A DNA stretch of 64,000 nt from Oopsacas minuta (taxonomy: Eukaryota; Animalia; Porifera), in contig JAKMXF010000088.1 in assembly GCA_024704765.1 (NCBI GenBank), forward strand, positions 682,001 to 746,000, given 5' to 3'. This document shows positions 46,791-59,800 of the stretch, one piece after another. The first letter of the stretch is position 1; every line of letters begins with the position of its first letter. Under the pieces are notes generated by a model. That model was not told the DNA's origin and ran no database searches. It saw nothing but the letters and a program-made list of their open reading frames with translations. Both the position numbers and the translations under genes were made by a program.

Positions 46791-49700
46791 ATGAGTGGAG
46801 CTAAATTGTCCAGACCAGGGTCAACACAAAGTGGCCGGGGAAGTGGATCAGATATTCATGTCAGTTTAAAAGAAAATGAATTCTTCAAATCAGCTGATGA
46901 GGTTCTGTTAAAAAGCAAAGGAAAAACAGCTGGAGATGGACCAATCAGATTATTGGAAGATGTGAGTGCAAAGTATAAATAGAAATTTGTGTTTATTATT
47001 GTTTGTATTTACAGATTCTATTTTTGGACATTTCTCAACAACAGCTGATCGATATTTCACAAGTTTCACTTTGTTTACGACTAAAAATCTGCATTTTTCA
47101 TTCAAATTTCGTTGCTAACCTAGAACCACTTTCAAATGCTCCAAGTTTAAAAATAATCGACGCAAGTTCGAACCGAATTAAACACATTCCTGGAGAATTA
47201 TTTTGGAGTGGATTTACATACCTCGAGGTTTTATATCTCCATGACAACCCGATCGCTAATTTGGAATGTCTAGGCATGTTAACTGGAGCTCCAAAGTTGA
47301 GGATAGTCACATTGTACGATACACCTTTGAGCTTGAATAACAACTATAGGCATGTGGCTGTTAATTCAATGTGGCATTTGGAAGGAATAGATTTTTATTT
47401 GATTTCAGATGAAGAAATTATTCAGGTGAGTTGGCCCTCTGTTGTTAATGATAACTTGTTTCAGCTACACATTATGCCATCTAAGCATGTAGGGGAGCTG
47501 CTAGTTGCTATTTCATTATTTATGACATAATTATAGTGTCGAATTCATGGAAATATTCCAATGACTCTACTTCTAAATGTGTGAATTAATCGTGTTAAAG
47601 GAGGTCTGTTACTACTATTCACCCGTTAGTTAGTAAATATATTGTGTAGTTATTCATGTGACAGGGAAACTTGATGCAGGTGGTGGAGCTGAAACAAGTT
47701 TCCAACTAACAGTAGTCTTAAAATACTAATAAATGGGAAAATTTGGAAATATATAATTTGAGGTTTTCTTACAAAAAGCAGCTGTAATTATAATTAATTA
47801 TTTCCTTTGAATTAACCTCACAACATATTGTATTGTTGCTATGCAGCACCTGATGGAATGTGGTTAACATATCCATGAATGATTTGGTTGCTAGAGTGTG
47901 TAGTGTATGTTAGAGAGATCAGTGACTACCTGTAAGCGTTACAGTCTGTTCTGTGGTGTATCCAGATAGTATAAGAATAGTGACTAGTGTTATCTTACAA
48001 TAAATATTTTGAGTAACATGGCAACTGAATTTGGCGCTGGTATGCATGAAGAGACAGCTAGAGAGTTGGAAAGGCTTAGGAGAGAGGTGTTGATGGCGAA
48101 AGAGGAACTCCGAGCCAGATTTGAGTTCTATTTCCGTGTGCTACAGGAGAAACATCTAGAAATGGAGGTACAACTAGATGAAGTGGTCCGTGTGGCAGAG
48201 GCTAAAGTGGTGGACAGACATAACAAATTGGATCAGCTGCTAATCACACAAGCTGAGGTTACACAAAATTTGGTGCATAATGAGTTGAATGAAACTCTTG
48301 AAATTGTGTCAAGAGAGTTGTACCAGAAAATACAAGTACTGGAGGCGATTGGTGACCGGGTACCATCTGTGTGGCTCGAATGGCATGACGAGTGGTTGGA
48401 AGGTGGCATGGAAGGATTGTGTCGCGTGGTTGAGGGAGTGTCCTACGTGAACAGACACAAACCAGTGTGGTCTGGTGTCAATGAAAGAAGTGGAAGTGAT
48501 GAGATATTCAATCCTATTGATCTCTCAATAGATAGAGATAACGGAGATATTTATGTGTCTGATTATGACGTTCATAGAATTCAGGTGTTCTGTAAAGATG
48601 GCTCTTATAAGAGGACCATTAAGGCACAAGGAATGTCTTGTCCTTCTCGTATAGCTGTAACACCTCATCAGCTGTTTGTTATATGTTTCCTCTCAGATAA
48701 TATCCTCAAGCTGGATAAGGTGTCAGGGGAAATAATGTGTCAAATAGAAACAGATTATTCCATATCCTGTATTACAGCTGAGGTAGATACACTGTATGTA
48801 GGAATATTTAATATTAATCACATATCTCATTACAGTTTGGAGGATTTGAGTTTAATCAAGGAAACAGCACTTAACTCTCCTCACATAACACAAGACACAA
48901 GGCTCAGAGACCTGAGAACAACTCCATCTCTATTCGTAGTCCTGTTTAGGGAGTGTGACTATCTGATACAATTATTTTCAAGAGATGGGAACCTCTTTCA
49001 AGTGATTGCGTTACAGGAATTACTCACTGATCCTAACCGTATCTGTCTAGACAGACACCAGAATATTATAGTTAGTAACTACGGAGCTAATAACATTAAA
49101 GTAATCTCTATAGAGGGACATATTGTAACTACTATTGGACATGAAGGGAAAGGACCTGGAGAATTCTACTATCCTAAGGGCATTGACATTAACGAGGAGG
49201 GTCGAATTGTTGTAGTGGACAGGAAGGATTCTCACAAACTACAATTCTTCTAATTATGTATTTATTTTGTCGTTGAAATGATTATAACTAACAAAACAAA
49301 ATGTTTATTATATTTTCTATTACTTAACACGTAGACACCATTTTAACACATTGTATAACACCTCATAGATTGCAATACAAGTTTGAGATTATAATCTTAT
49401 AGGATTTGGATTTATACGACACACAATTCGCCGCAATGTCAGAATCCTATTTTCTACAACTCTATCAACCCTTTAATCCCGTATGGAGTTATGAAATAGC
49501 AAACAAACACATATCTAATCTCCTAACCGTTGTCAAGAGGAAAATGGCAAAATTATCACCTGTCTTAATTCTTCAAAGGTAATATTTGTTGAAAATAATC
49601 TTTCTGAATGTATTCATTTGAAATATGCTTAAAAGGTGTTAAAATATACATATATGATCTTTAGGCATGTCAGAGGTTGGTTGGTAAGAAAGAATATTCC

Positions 49701-52695
49701 AATTGAAACTGGGATTATCCTAAACAGAATCAAACACAACTTATATAAGTGGTTTCGACCATTTCCATGGAAACCGTCAAATATGCCAAATATGAAAGAT
49801 CCATCATATTGGTTTATGTTGAAGGCATTACAAGCTCCTCCTCCTACAGCTCAGACCACATTTCTGCCCCCTCTCTTGGAACAGACCAATATAGATTTTT
49901 CAAAATTAGGTAATTGTACTCACAATATTAGAAACAGGGGTTTTTCCAGGAATTTTGCGCCAAACACCTAGATACACACCTGATTTGGAAAGTTTTTTTC
50001 AAGTTGTTAAAATAGGAGTGAATATTAAAATGTGTAAATATTGAAATCTAATTTTAGCTACGAGTATCAATCGCAAGCTGCAGAACCAATCAATTCGTCG
50101 CTTTGAAAGAAAGTTCTCGCAAGGATCTCAATCTGGGAAGACAGTGTCAACGCTAACTTCACATTCCATAACATCAGATCACGTTGCTAAGAGATACAGT
50201 CGTACATATGCAATGTTCCTTCAGCTACAGAAATTAAAATCGAATTCTTGGAGACTTCTAAACGCAAGTGCTCCAACTTTTGGGCATCTTTACAAGTAAT
50301 TTACGGATTCTAGAATAATAAAACTTCAAATACAGTTAACTCCTGTTATATCGAGGCTAAAGGGGCCGGGATAATTACTGAGGTATAACCGATGGAGTAT
50401 ATGTTACTCTGACGGTTTGGGACCATATTTGTATAATTTAACACTTCGGTATTAGCGGGTATTTCTATATATCCGTGTTAGATATAACCGGAGTTGAATG
50501 TATAACTGCGTATGTGTATGAACTTCAAAGAAGTACATACAACAATCCAGAGGAACAATTGGTAATGGACGTTCAGGACGTAATATAATAATACTGTTTT
50601 TCTTAGATCTTCAAGTAATAAACATAGAAAACGTCTACGGAGGTTATCCCAAGGCTCAATGAATATATCAGAAACTACGTCACAATATGATGACGTCAGT
50701 AGTGTAGTGTTTAGAGACCAGTATGGATTAGTTAGTAGACGGGAACCGATCATATCACTGGATTTGTATAGAGAGATGTTGTTTAATCGGCGAGATACAG
50801 GAACAGAGGTAAGCTACACATTCCTATGTACATATTTGGTAACTATACCGCTTCGGACGGGAAATACCAATTTTTAAGACATACAGTCCACTCCTGTTAT
50901 ATCTAAGGTTAAGGGCCCGTAGTAATTAATTCAATATAACCGATGGATTATTTGTTACTTTGAGGGTTTGGGACCATATTTGTACAATTTAACACTTCGA
51001 TATTACGGGAGTTAACTGTATTTTGAGATGATAAAAGGCAAAATTCTTTGATAAATGAACAAACACTAAAACACAGAATAAATCCAGACCATCTGGGCTG
51101 TATTATCTCTATGAGCTATGGGGTAATCTATCTGTATATATGATTGTATTATAGATCAGACAAGCAGCGGAGGATATACACGACTTACAGAGGTTCTATT
51201 CTAAAAGTAATGTACAGAAAATCCTCAAGAAACCACCAGAAGGTATTTTTGTTGGCAGTCAGCTCCGTTATATCGAAGTGTTAAATGGTACAAATATGGC
51301 CCTGAACCGTCAAAGTAACAAATATTCCATCGAAGTAATCACCGCGGTCCCTTGAGCTTCGATATTACATGAATTGACTGTATTAGAATTCTTGCGTTAT
51401 CTGGGAAATAAATATATTATACTTTTAGGAATTTCAACAGACCCACCTATGAATGTCCGTCAATTGGAGTGTATAATGAAGCGTGCAGCTGGAAACAAGA
51501 ATAGGCAAAAGGAATTTAAGGAAAGACGAGAAAATGTTGAGAAGATTAAAGAACAATCTCAGCTGGGGAAGATAGGTGCTGAAGTGTGGCGTGAAAAATC
51601 TCGAGATACACTGAACCAGCTGGGAAGAAGGAAATTTGAGGAAAACAAGGAATTCTCGGATAGAATCAAAGTTAGAAATCAAAATTTCGAAAATTTTCCG
51701 GTGCAAAAATTTGTATTACAATAAATTACAGTCATCACCTGTTATATCTAACACGGATATATCGAGGTGTGATATTGTACAAATATGGTCCCAAACCGTC
51801 AAAGTAACACCTCTTCCATCGGTTATATCTGAGTAATTATCACTGTCCCTTGAGTATAGATAAAACAGGAGTTGACTGATACTATTTCTTTAGTTAGAAG
51901 AAGCAGAGGCTAACAAGCTCCGAGTACAAACAGCTAGAGAACACCAACTACAAGCTAAAGAGAAACGTGCAAAACTAATAGAAGCTACTATAAATAGCTC
52001 AAATACCAAAGAAGCTAAACTGTTGCTAAGTGATGAAGTAAACTCAAAAATATTAAAAGAAATCACTACAAAAAGATTGCAAGTCGAGAAAGCCAAAAAT
52101 ACTGAGAGGCAATCAATTCAGAAAATTCTACAAAAGTCCATCGACAGGACAAGAAAAGTTTGTATTCATTTTAAGTTCCATAGGTTATATAGGTGCTTGG
52201 CTGACACTTAACACTGGCGTCCCAGGTGGGAACTGGGGTATATTCCCCGGATTTAATAATACTGCCCCGAGTCTACCAGATCCTCACTGCATATTGTATA
52301 ATAAGAATTTTCTCCCAAGGTTGAATTCCTGGGACCGCCACTTGTCATATATTTTTGGTAGGTGACAACTTCGAATTCTGGCGCCAATTAACAAAGAATG
52401 CTATTGCAATTTAAATATTTTGTAGATACAATCAATTAGAGTAGTTGAAAAGGAACAGCTGATCGAGAAAATGATCATAGCAGACAACAAAAGACAACTC
52501 GACAATAAGCAGCGAATAAAAAATGTTAAAACACCAAACGAGAACGAAATTCTTTGGACTCGAGAGGGCATAACACCTTCCTACCATCTGCCCAAGGGCG
52601 GATCAATTAGTCCAATCTGTGGACGGAACTCTATACAGATAAAATGTGGCGCCCAAATCAATCTTGCCTCCCTACAAACTGGAACTGAAACTTAA
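46791..52695 (+). CDS. LRRIQ3: Leucine-rich repeat and IQ motif protein 3, multi-exon
   Basis: LKICIFHSNF..FWSG..LEVLYLHDNP..YRHVAVNSMWHL..ISDEEIIQ matches LRRIQ3; SPVLILQR|HVRGWLVRK is the IQ motif; intron 47426-49402 hosts an NHL gene. Confidence 0.85.
47439..47712 (-). mobile_element. MITE family C copy
   Basis: Reverse complement of 30677-30947 with the same TIRs. Confidence 0.85.
48018..49253 (+). CDS. Coiled-coil + NHL protein, subfamily A copy 3, intronless, nested same-strand in a LRRIQ3 intron
   Basis: 411 aa from the ATG at 48018; gap-free alignment to copies 1 and 2. Confidence 0.88.
   Translation: MATEFGAGMHEETARELERLRREVLMAKEELRARFEFYFRVLQEKHLEMEVQLDEVVRVAEAKVVDRHNKLDQLLITQAEVTQNLVHNELNETLEIVSRELYQKIQVLEAIGDRVPSVWLEWHDEWLEGGMEGLCRVVEGVSYVNRHKPVWSGVNERSGSDEIFNPIDLSIDRDNGDIYVSDYDVHRIQVFCKDGSYKRTIKAQGMSCPSRIAVTPHQLFVICFLSDNILKLDKVSGEIMCQIETDYSISCITAEVDTLYVGIFNINHISHYSLEDLSLIKETALNSPHITQDTRLRDLRTTPSLFVVLFRECDYLIQLFSRDGNLFQVIALQELLTDPNRICLDRHQNIIVSNYGANNIKVISIEGHIVTTIGHEGKGPGEFYYPKGIDINEEGRIVVVDRKDSHKLQFF
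50333..50500. mobile_element. Tc1/mariner(pogo)-type MITE family A, full copy
   Basis: TA-CAGTTAACTCCTGTTATATC...GATATAACCGGAGTTGAATG-TA. Other full or partial copies near 25505, 29966, 30136, 32894, 50884, 51260, 51728, 53900, 59783, 61034 and 62441 share TGTACAAATATGGTCCCAAACCGTCAAAGTAAC or the TIR. Confidence 0.85.
52214..52345. mobile_element. Short TIR element, possibly Harbinger-like (related end at 23041-23105)
   Basis: TGGCGTCCCAGG ... CCTGGGACCGCCA imperfect TIR; the CAAGTGGCGG end recurs at 23041. Confidence 0.4.
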
Positions 52696-52932
52696 ACAAT
52701 ATAGTTAGCACTACATTATACCGCTTTATTCTATTAAATTCTATTAATTTTAATAGGAAATAAAACTCAGTAAACTCTGCTTGATAGAGTCACGTCGGGA
52801 CCCGAATAAGCAGAGTAAAGGTGTTGACACGAGTAACCGGTAGTTCTATTAAGGCAAATGCAATATTACAAATATTTTCCGAACAATTAATCATGAAAAT
52901 TTTGAGGGAAATAAACAACAAACAACAACAAA

Positions 52933-53475
52933 TTAATTATGTACTACCAACACCTCTTCATAAGATGGTGGGGGAGCACTCTTAACCTCTTCATAAGCCG
53001 GGGGGCTACTCTTCTCCTTTGGTTTCATTTCAAACACCTTTGGGTATCTGTATAGTAGATGTATTGTAAAAGATAGCAATGTAACTATCACAGTTAATAC
53101 TGTTATTATTGCAGTGATAGGCAGAACAATTACTGCAGTTTGTTCCGTGTTATAAGCTTTAATAATATAAGAAATCTCCGCTAATCCAAAAAAGAACGCT
53201 ATACAGTTTAGAAACGAGTATAACAGCCAGTAAATTGGAACTAAGTCTTGCTGGATACTCTTGTTCTCACATATAGTTCCAAATAGGGCAATACAACCGA
53301 CTAGACCCAGTAGAATCGAGCCGATTGATACTAAAATTAGATTTATCGGCAATTCTGTAATCTCAATGAATGCCAGATAGATTAATGGTCCCATTCCTGA
53401 GAGAATATACGTTGCTATGGCAACGGTTAGAATAGAAATAATGAGATATCTTAGGAATTTGTTGAAACAAGACAT
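52933..53475 (-). CDS. Four-TM membrane protein with two PY motifs (tetraspanin/LAPTM-like topology), intronless
   Basis: 180 aa, four hydrophobic stretches; GLVGCIALFGTICENK resembles tetraspanin TM2; tail PPAYEEV..PPPSYEEV. Confidence 0.7.
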   Translation of the reverse strand: MSCFNKFLRYLIISILTVAIATYILSGMGPLIYLAFIEITELPINLILVSIGSILLGLVGCIALFGTICENKSIQQDLVPIYWLLYSFLNCIAFFFGLAEISYIIKAYNTEQTAVIVLPITAIITVLTVIVTLLSFTIHLLYRYPKVFEMKPKEKSSPPAYEEVKSAPPPSYEEVLVVHN

Positions 53476-53689
53476 TTCTACACTCAGCTAGGATACAGAA
53501 GTAATCAAAAATGTAAAAATATTAGATGGCAAAATGTACAAAATTCAAGTCCATATAAGGGCATGGTTATGATGTCATATGTTTATGTGAATATAATCTC
53601 AGTGACCAAAGTGACAATGACTTAATAATTCTACTATCAGAATACATTTCCCTAATATTATACATAATTTCTCCTAAAAACCTCGATTA

Positions 53690-56600
53690 TCAATTCTTCT
53701 TTGAGGCATTCTTTTTCTTGGATTTTTTAGGCGGCTTCATGGTATCTTGGAGGTATTGCTTGTAGCTGAGAATGTCTCCCTCCCATTTCTCTACTCTGCT
53801 GTTCTGACAGACCCAAACTTCACAGTTTACTTGACTTATAAGTCTGAAATCATGACTGACAAGAACCATACCTAAACATAAATTGAAAATACAATGAACA
53901 CCTGTATTATCTAAGCTGAAAGGACCCGTGATAACTAGGTATTACCAATGTAATATGTTACTTTGACGGCTTGGGGCCATATTTGTACATTTTAACACTT
54001 CGATATAAGCGGGTATTCGATATATCCGTGATAGGTATAGCAGGAGTACTTTACAGTTGAAAAAGAATTATGCAAATCGTGTTAATTAGTTCCAGTTAAT
54101 TGGAACAACACCTTAATCAAATCAGTATCGGGGCAAAATAGCCTCATCAAACAAACTGACCTCCTGGAAATCCATTGACAGCTTCAGCCAATGCATCAAT
54201 AGTCTCCATATCAAGATGATTAGTAGGCTCATCCAGCAGTAACAAGTGGGGACTATTCCAACTAAGCCAGGCGAATACCACTCGACACCGCTGTCCTTCA
54301 CTTAGATTCTGCATGGGACATATTTGTTGTTTACCTGTTAGGCCGAATTGTCCTAGCGCTCTTCTCATTGCTTCTTCTCCACCTGTTTAGAAGTAAACAA
54401 GTAAACAACAAATAAGAATAAAGTACTGTTAGTTGGAAACTTGTTTCAGCTCCACCACCTGCAAAACCTGTCACATGAATAACTACACAATATATTTACT
54501 AACTAACGGGTGAATAGTAGTAACAGACCTCCTTTAACACGATTAATTAACATATTTACAAGTAGAGTCATTGGAATATTTCCATGAATTGGCCGCTCGC
54601 CTGTATGCTTAGATGGATATAATGTGTAGCTGAAACAATTCAACAGGGGGCCCTTATAAAGAATGACATCTACCTGTATCAGGAAAACATTTTAGTAAAT
54701 GTGTAACAGCACTTTCAGAGAGATCCAGCCACTCCTTGAGGTGTTGATGGTATCGACCTATTTTTAAGTGATTGTGTCGCCTTATCATACCCTCAGTCAC
54801 AGTCAGTTCTCCCTCTAGAAGTTTCAAAAGTGTCGACTTGCCGACACCATTCGGCCCCACGAGCGCAACTCTTGTTTCCAGATCTATCCCAAAATCTAAA
54901 TCTTTGTAAATCCATGGTTGATCGCCTGCATACCTAAAGCTCACATTCTGTACCATGACAACCGGAGGTGGAATAGTCCCACAATCTGGAAATGAGAAGT
55001 GCACGCTCTAAAATTGAATTTATCAAATGTTGCTAAAATAAATTTTTGTTAAAAAACCATATACTGTACTACTTGTGTAAGGTAACACTATTTTATTACA
55101 AAATTGGAAGTGTCACATTGTGTCAGATCAAATAATAGCCCTCAGGTGCACCCTGAAACTACAAATAATCTGGTCCCTACAATGTTATTCAATTGGTATT
55201 ACTCTGGACAGATTTGGACCTGTTGGTGTTAGAGGATACACTGTTTTGCAAAACACGAATATTTTAACAAGTTTCATTTGTAATGTTTTTATAGATTCAG
55301 TTTCACACCTTAGAATGATGTGTTGGCATATAACATGATATTCACCCACACATCTCGACCAAGTAACAAAATATTAGTTATTATTGCGTAAGCATTATCT
55401 TGTGTGTTAATTTAGCTGTAATCAAATAGCCCCTGACAGAGTATAAATATAATCTCAACAACTATTATTCCTGTACACGAATACACGTACGTAACCAGTG
55501 ACTATTGGAAGTAATGGCAGAGAGATTGGATAAAAATCCCATTGAAGAGTTGATAAATGCGCTAATCGATAAATATATACAATTACTGAATACCCGGCGA
55601 ATGGAGCTTTTAACTTCGTTCAGAGAAAAAAGTGAACATAAACAATCCACGGAAGGAACAAGAATGGAAAAGGTACGTCAGTTAGTTGAGGCCCAAAATC
55701 AGTTGCAAGGAAATTTGAAGGAAAACTCGTTTCAAGAAATGACTAAACGAATGGTGGAAGAATTGGAAGAAAAGATTTTGGCTTTGAGAGAAAGCATTTT
55801 AGTAGAAACACATTTGTCATTTGAATGCAACCGTATTGAACTTGAGGAATGTATTTGTAATTTCGGGGATATTGTCGAGCGAAGAGGTGTGAAAACAAAC
55901 TATGCAGCATTCCAATCACGAATAGCGGTAAATTGTAAGGAAGAAGGTGAAATCGAAAATATCCTTCCATTCGGAATAGCAATCGATAACATAACAAATC
56001 AAATATTTGTAGCAGAGCATACTCACAGTGGAATTCAGATATTCGATGAGAACGGAATTGTACTCAAACATTTTGGTGAACAAAAATTGAAATGTCCTTG
56101 GGGTATTGCCATTGATCAACTACACGTATACGTTTGTGACTGGGGACACCACGCGCTTTTTCGCTTCAAACTCACGGATTTGAGTTGTGTAAACAGTATT
56201 GGAAAGTTTGGACCAGAGAATGGAGAGTTCAAATGGCCTCGTCAAATAACGGTCTCTCCAGATGGGTCCATATTCGTCGCAGACTGCTTTAACCATCGTA
56301 TTTGTATATTTGAACCTGAACTAATACACGTACGTAACATAACACATGATTCTATAGTGTTCCCTACTGACGTGAAGACAACACGTGAACATATATACAT
56401 CTTAACTGAACGTAACACGATGTGTATGCACGTGTTCACACCAACAGGAGAACACGTGAACTCTATCATAACCATTGGACAAGGGATGGATGTAGAGTTG
56501 GGATGGTTTTTCTGTTTGGATGTTCATAACAATTTTCTTATCAGTGATATGGGTGCAAATTGTATCAAAGTGTTCTCCAAAGATGGACAATTGGTGCAGA

Positions 56601-56743
56601 AAGTAGGTGTGATTGAGGACAAAGGAGTGCTAATCGAATGTAAAGGGATCGCATTCAGTTTGGCAGGGAAAATTATTTGTGTGTCGAATACGAAAAATGC
56701 TTGTTTACAGATATTCTATTAAGTGTTTGTTGTTTTATGTAAT

Positions 56744-56827
<84 letters not shown>

Positions 56828-59800
56828 ATATTTGTGTTAAGTAGATTATTAGGATTACAAAACTGTAATTACATTGATTGTTATTTGTTTATTAATTAAC
56901 CATAATATTTACTTATAAGTAATTATCAAAGTTGTTTGTTTGTTTACTTCTGTGATTATTCTATCACCTCTTCTGAGAGAAATATTTATCTAATCATGGC
57001 AGAACGCTACGCTGTCCCCCCTAAAGTTGTAGATCTTATAGAAACACTTATCAATAACACAATAGATGGTCTGGTAATGAAACTCAACGTCCGCAGAGCT
57101 CAGCTGCTGAAGATAGTCCACAATATGAGAGAGGAGAAAAGAGCTGCTGAGAGGGGTAGAAAGGAAATGACCACAAAACTGACAGAGACTCAATCCTATC
57201 TCCAGGAGCAATTGAAAGAAAACCCCCTCCAGTCCATGCAGGAGAGGATTGACAAGGAAATGGAGGACAAATTACGAGAACTGCGGATCAACATTCCTGT
57301 AGAGACCAAATTACAGTGGCAGTGTGACACACGTGAAATAGAAATGAGTATTTCCCGCCTGGGAGATATTGTGCAAGAACCAGTAGGTGTGTCAAAGTAT
57401 TCCACATTCCAGACGTCTACTATCGCTACTGGGAAGAAAGGTTCAGGTCCTGGCCAGTTGAATGATCCACGAGGTGTAGCTATACATGAAGCTACTAACC
57501 AAATATTCGTAGCTAATTATTCCAATAACAGAGTAGAGATATTCTCTGATACAGGAGAGTACCTCAATCAGCTGGGTGTAAGGCAACTGAATAGGCCACG
57601 GGGTATAGCTATACATGGAGAGAATGTGTATGTCAGCTGCTGGGGAAATGACACTATTAACCAATTCACACTAACTGACATGAGTCTTGTTAGGAAGATA
57701 GGAAGTTGGGGATCAAACAACGGACAATTCAATAATCCTAGACAACTAACAACAGATCCCATTGGTCACGTGTTTATAGCAGATCAGCTTAACCACAGAA
57801 TCAGTATACACGACACAGACTTGAACCATCTCCGTAACATTACTCATCAGTCTATGACACAACCATTTGATGTTAAAGTGTCACGTGACCGAGTGTACGT
57901 ACTCTGCATAAATGACAACCCCTGTATGCACGTGCTAACCCTAGAAGGAGACAAGCTACACTCCCTCATTACCTGTGGACTAGGAATGGATGTGTTATGC
58001 CCTGTCTTCTTCTGTCTAGATTCACTTAATAACTTTGTTATTAGCGATAGATACTCCCATTCAATTCGGGTATTCTCTCCAGAAGGCAATCTCCTACACA
58101 AGATAGGAACAGAGGGACACCAACAAGGAATGTTATATGAACCCAAAGGAATAGCTATAACTCCAAACGAGAGATTAGTTAGTGTGTCAAAGAATGAGAA
58201 CTACCCTCTACAAATATTCTATTAGCTCTATTATTAGTTGATATTTGTTTACTTGTATGTTTACTTATATGTTTACTTGTTTGTTTACTTGTATGTTTAC
58301 TTGTATGTTTACTTGTTTGTTTACTTGTATGTTTACTTGTTTGTTTACTTGTTTGTTTATCGAACATTCAGTAATATTACAAAAACAAAAAATTAACCAA
58401 ATTTTCCAAACCCGATCACTGAACTATAAAGCTACAATTCTATTGGTCAATATCTAAATGAATAACAGCCTACCTTATCAGATACAACTTTATCAGTTAA
58501 ACCACCAGCAACCATCTTAGCTAACACCTTTTCCTTGCTTTGTGCCTGTCTCGCCAACTTAGCAGATCCATGTCCGAACCTCGCCACATAATCTTTCATA
58601 TGTTTAATCTGCCCTTGTTCCCAATTGTGTCGTTTCATCTGGTGTTCTTCCAGTTCAGATCTCGTTCGGACGTACACGTCATAATTGCCTCCGTAATAGA
58701 ATAGACTTCGTTTTTGGAGATGTATTATGTTAGTGCAAACCCCATTCATGAAATCCTGTAAAATACATTAGTAACAATACAGGGCATTCCTGCTGGTAGA
58801 TACTTCAAATATAACATATTTATACGCTGTGTATCTGAATTGTGTATATACATAATGCCTGTAGTGTATATGTGTAATAAACATGTGTTGTGGATTCTGA
58901 GTCAATTATATACGAATAAAATGATTAAACACCATCTTGTTAGTGATATGTAATAAATGTGTGATTCATTCAGGAGTATTATTTACGGATACTAATTAAA
59001 TTAAGAGAAAGCTACAACAAAACCTGAGAATGAATTAGAAATTACTTTCAGTTGGGTATTCCCTTCAAAGGATTTCAAAATATTATAACAACCATCCACT
59101 TAATAATTAACCTGAGAGTGAGAAACTAGCACAAGAATCCTTTTATACTTCTTCAGTTCCTGTTCCAACCAGACACAGGCACACAAATCAAGATGGTTAG
59201 TTGGTTCATCAAGAAGTAGGATCAGTGGTTTGACAAATAGAGCCTTAGCCAGTGCTATTCTCATCCTCCAACCCCCAGAGAAATCCTTAGATGGTCTCTC
59301 CATCATTTTACTTGTGAATCCTATGAAAATATCAAAAAATACACTCAGTGCTGACGTAATTGTAATTGTCACTAAATTACTGTTATTGAGACAAACACCT
59401 GGAGGGGACAGGATCTTAAATTCGTATAGGGTCCACGGGTGAAAGGGGTGGGAATATTTCGTAAATTTAATTAAATTGTGTCTCCCATAGTCCAACTATT
59501 TCGGTCCAATGCGGACAAGGACCCGTGGTCCACACTTCACAGGTTTAGCTCTAACCTAATCCATGTAGTACTTCAGCAGCCTTGCTCTCAGCACACACAG
59601 CATCCAGCTCTTCCATTCTATCATATAATTCTGTTATTCTCTCCATACCCCATTCCTCATCTGTACAGCTAAGCTCTGCTATCTCATCTTCTATGCGTGA
59701 TATCTCCTCACCTACTTCTATAACTAGCTGTAATGCTGTCTTGTCACTTGACTCTGCCTACATATAACATAATATCTAACTACAGTCAACTTCTGTTATA

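Noticed and set aside
53411-53424. Perfect X-box GTTGCTATGGCAAC
   Set aside because: Lies inside the TM4 coding sequence (VAIAT); cannot be distinguished from coding constraint.
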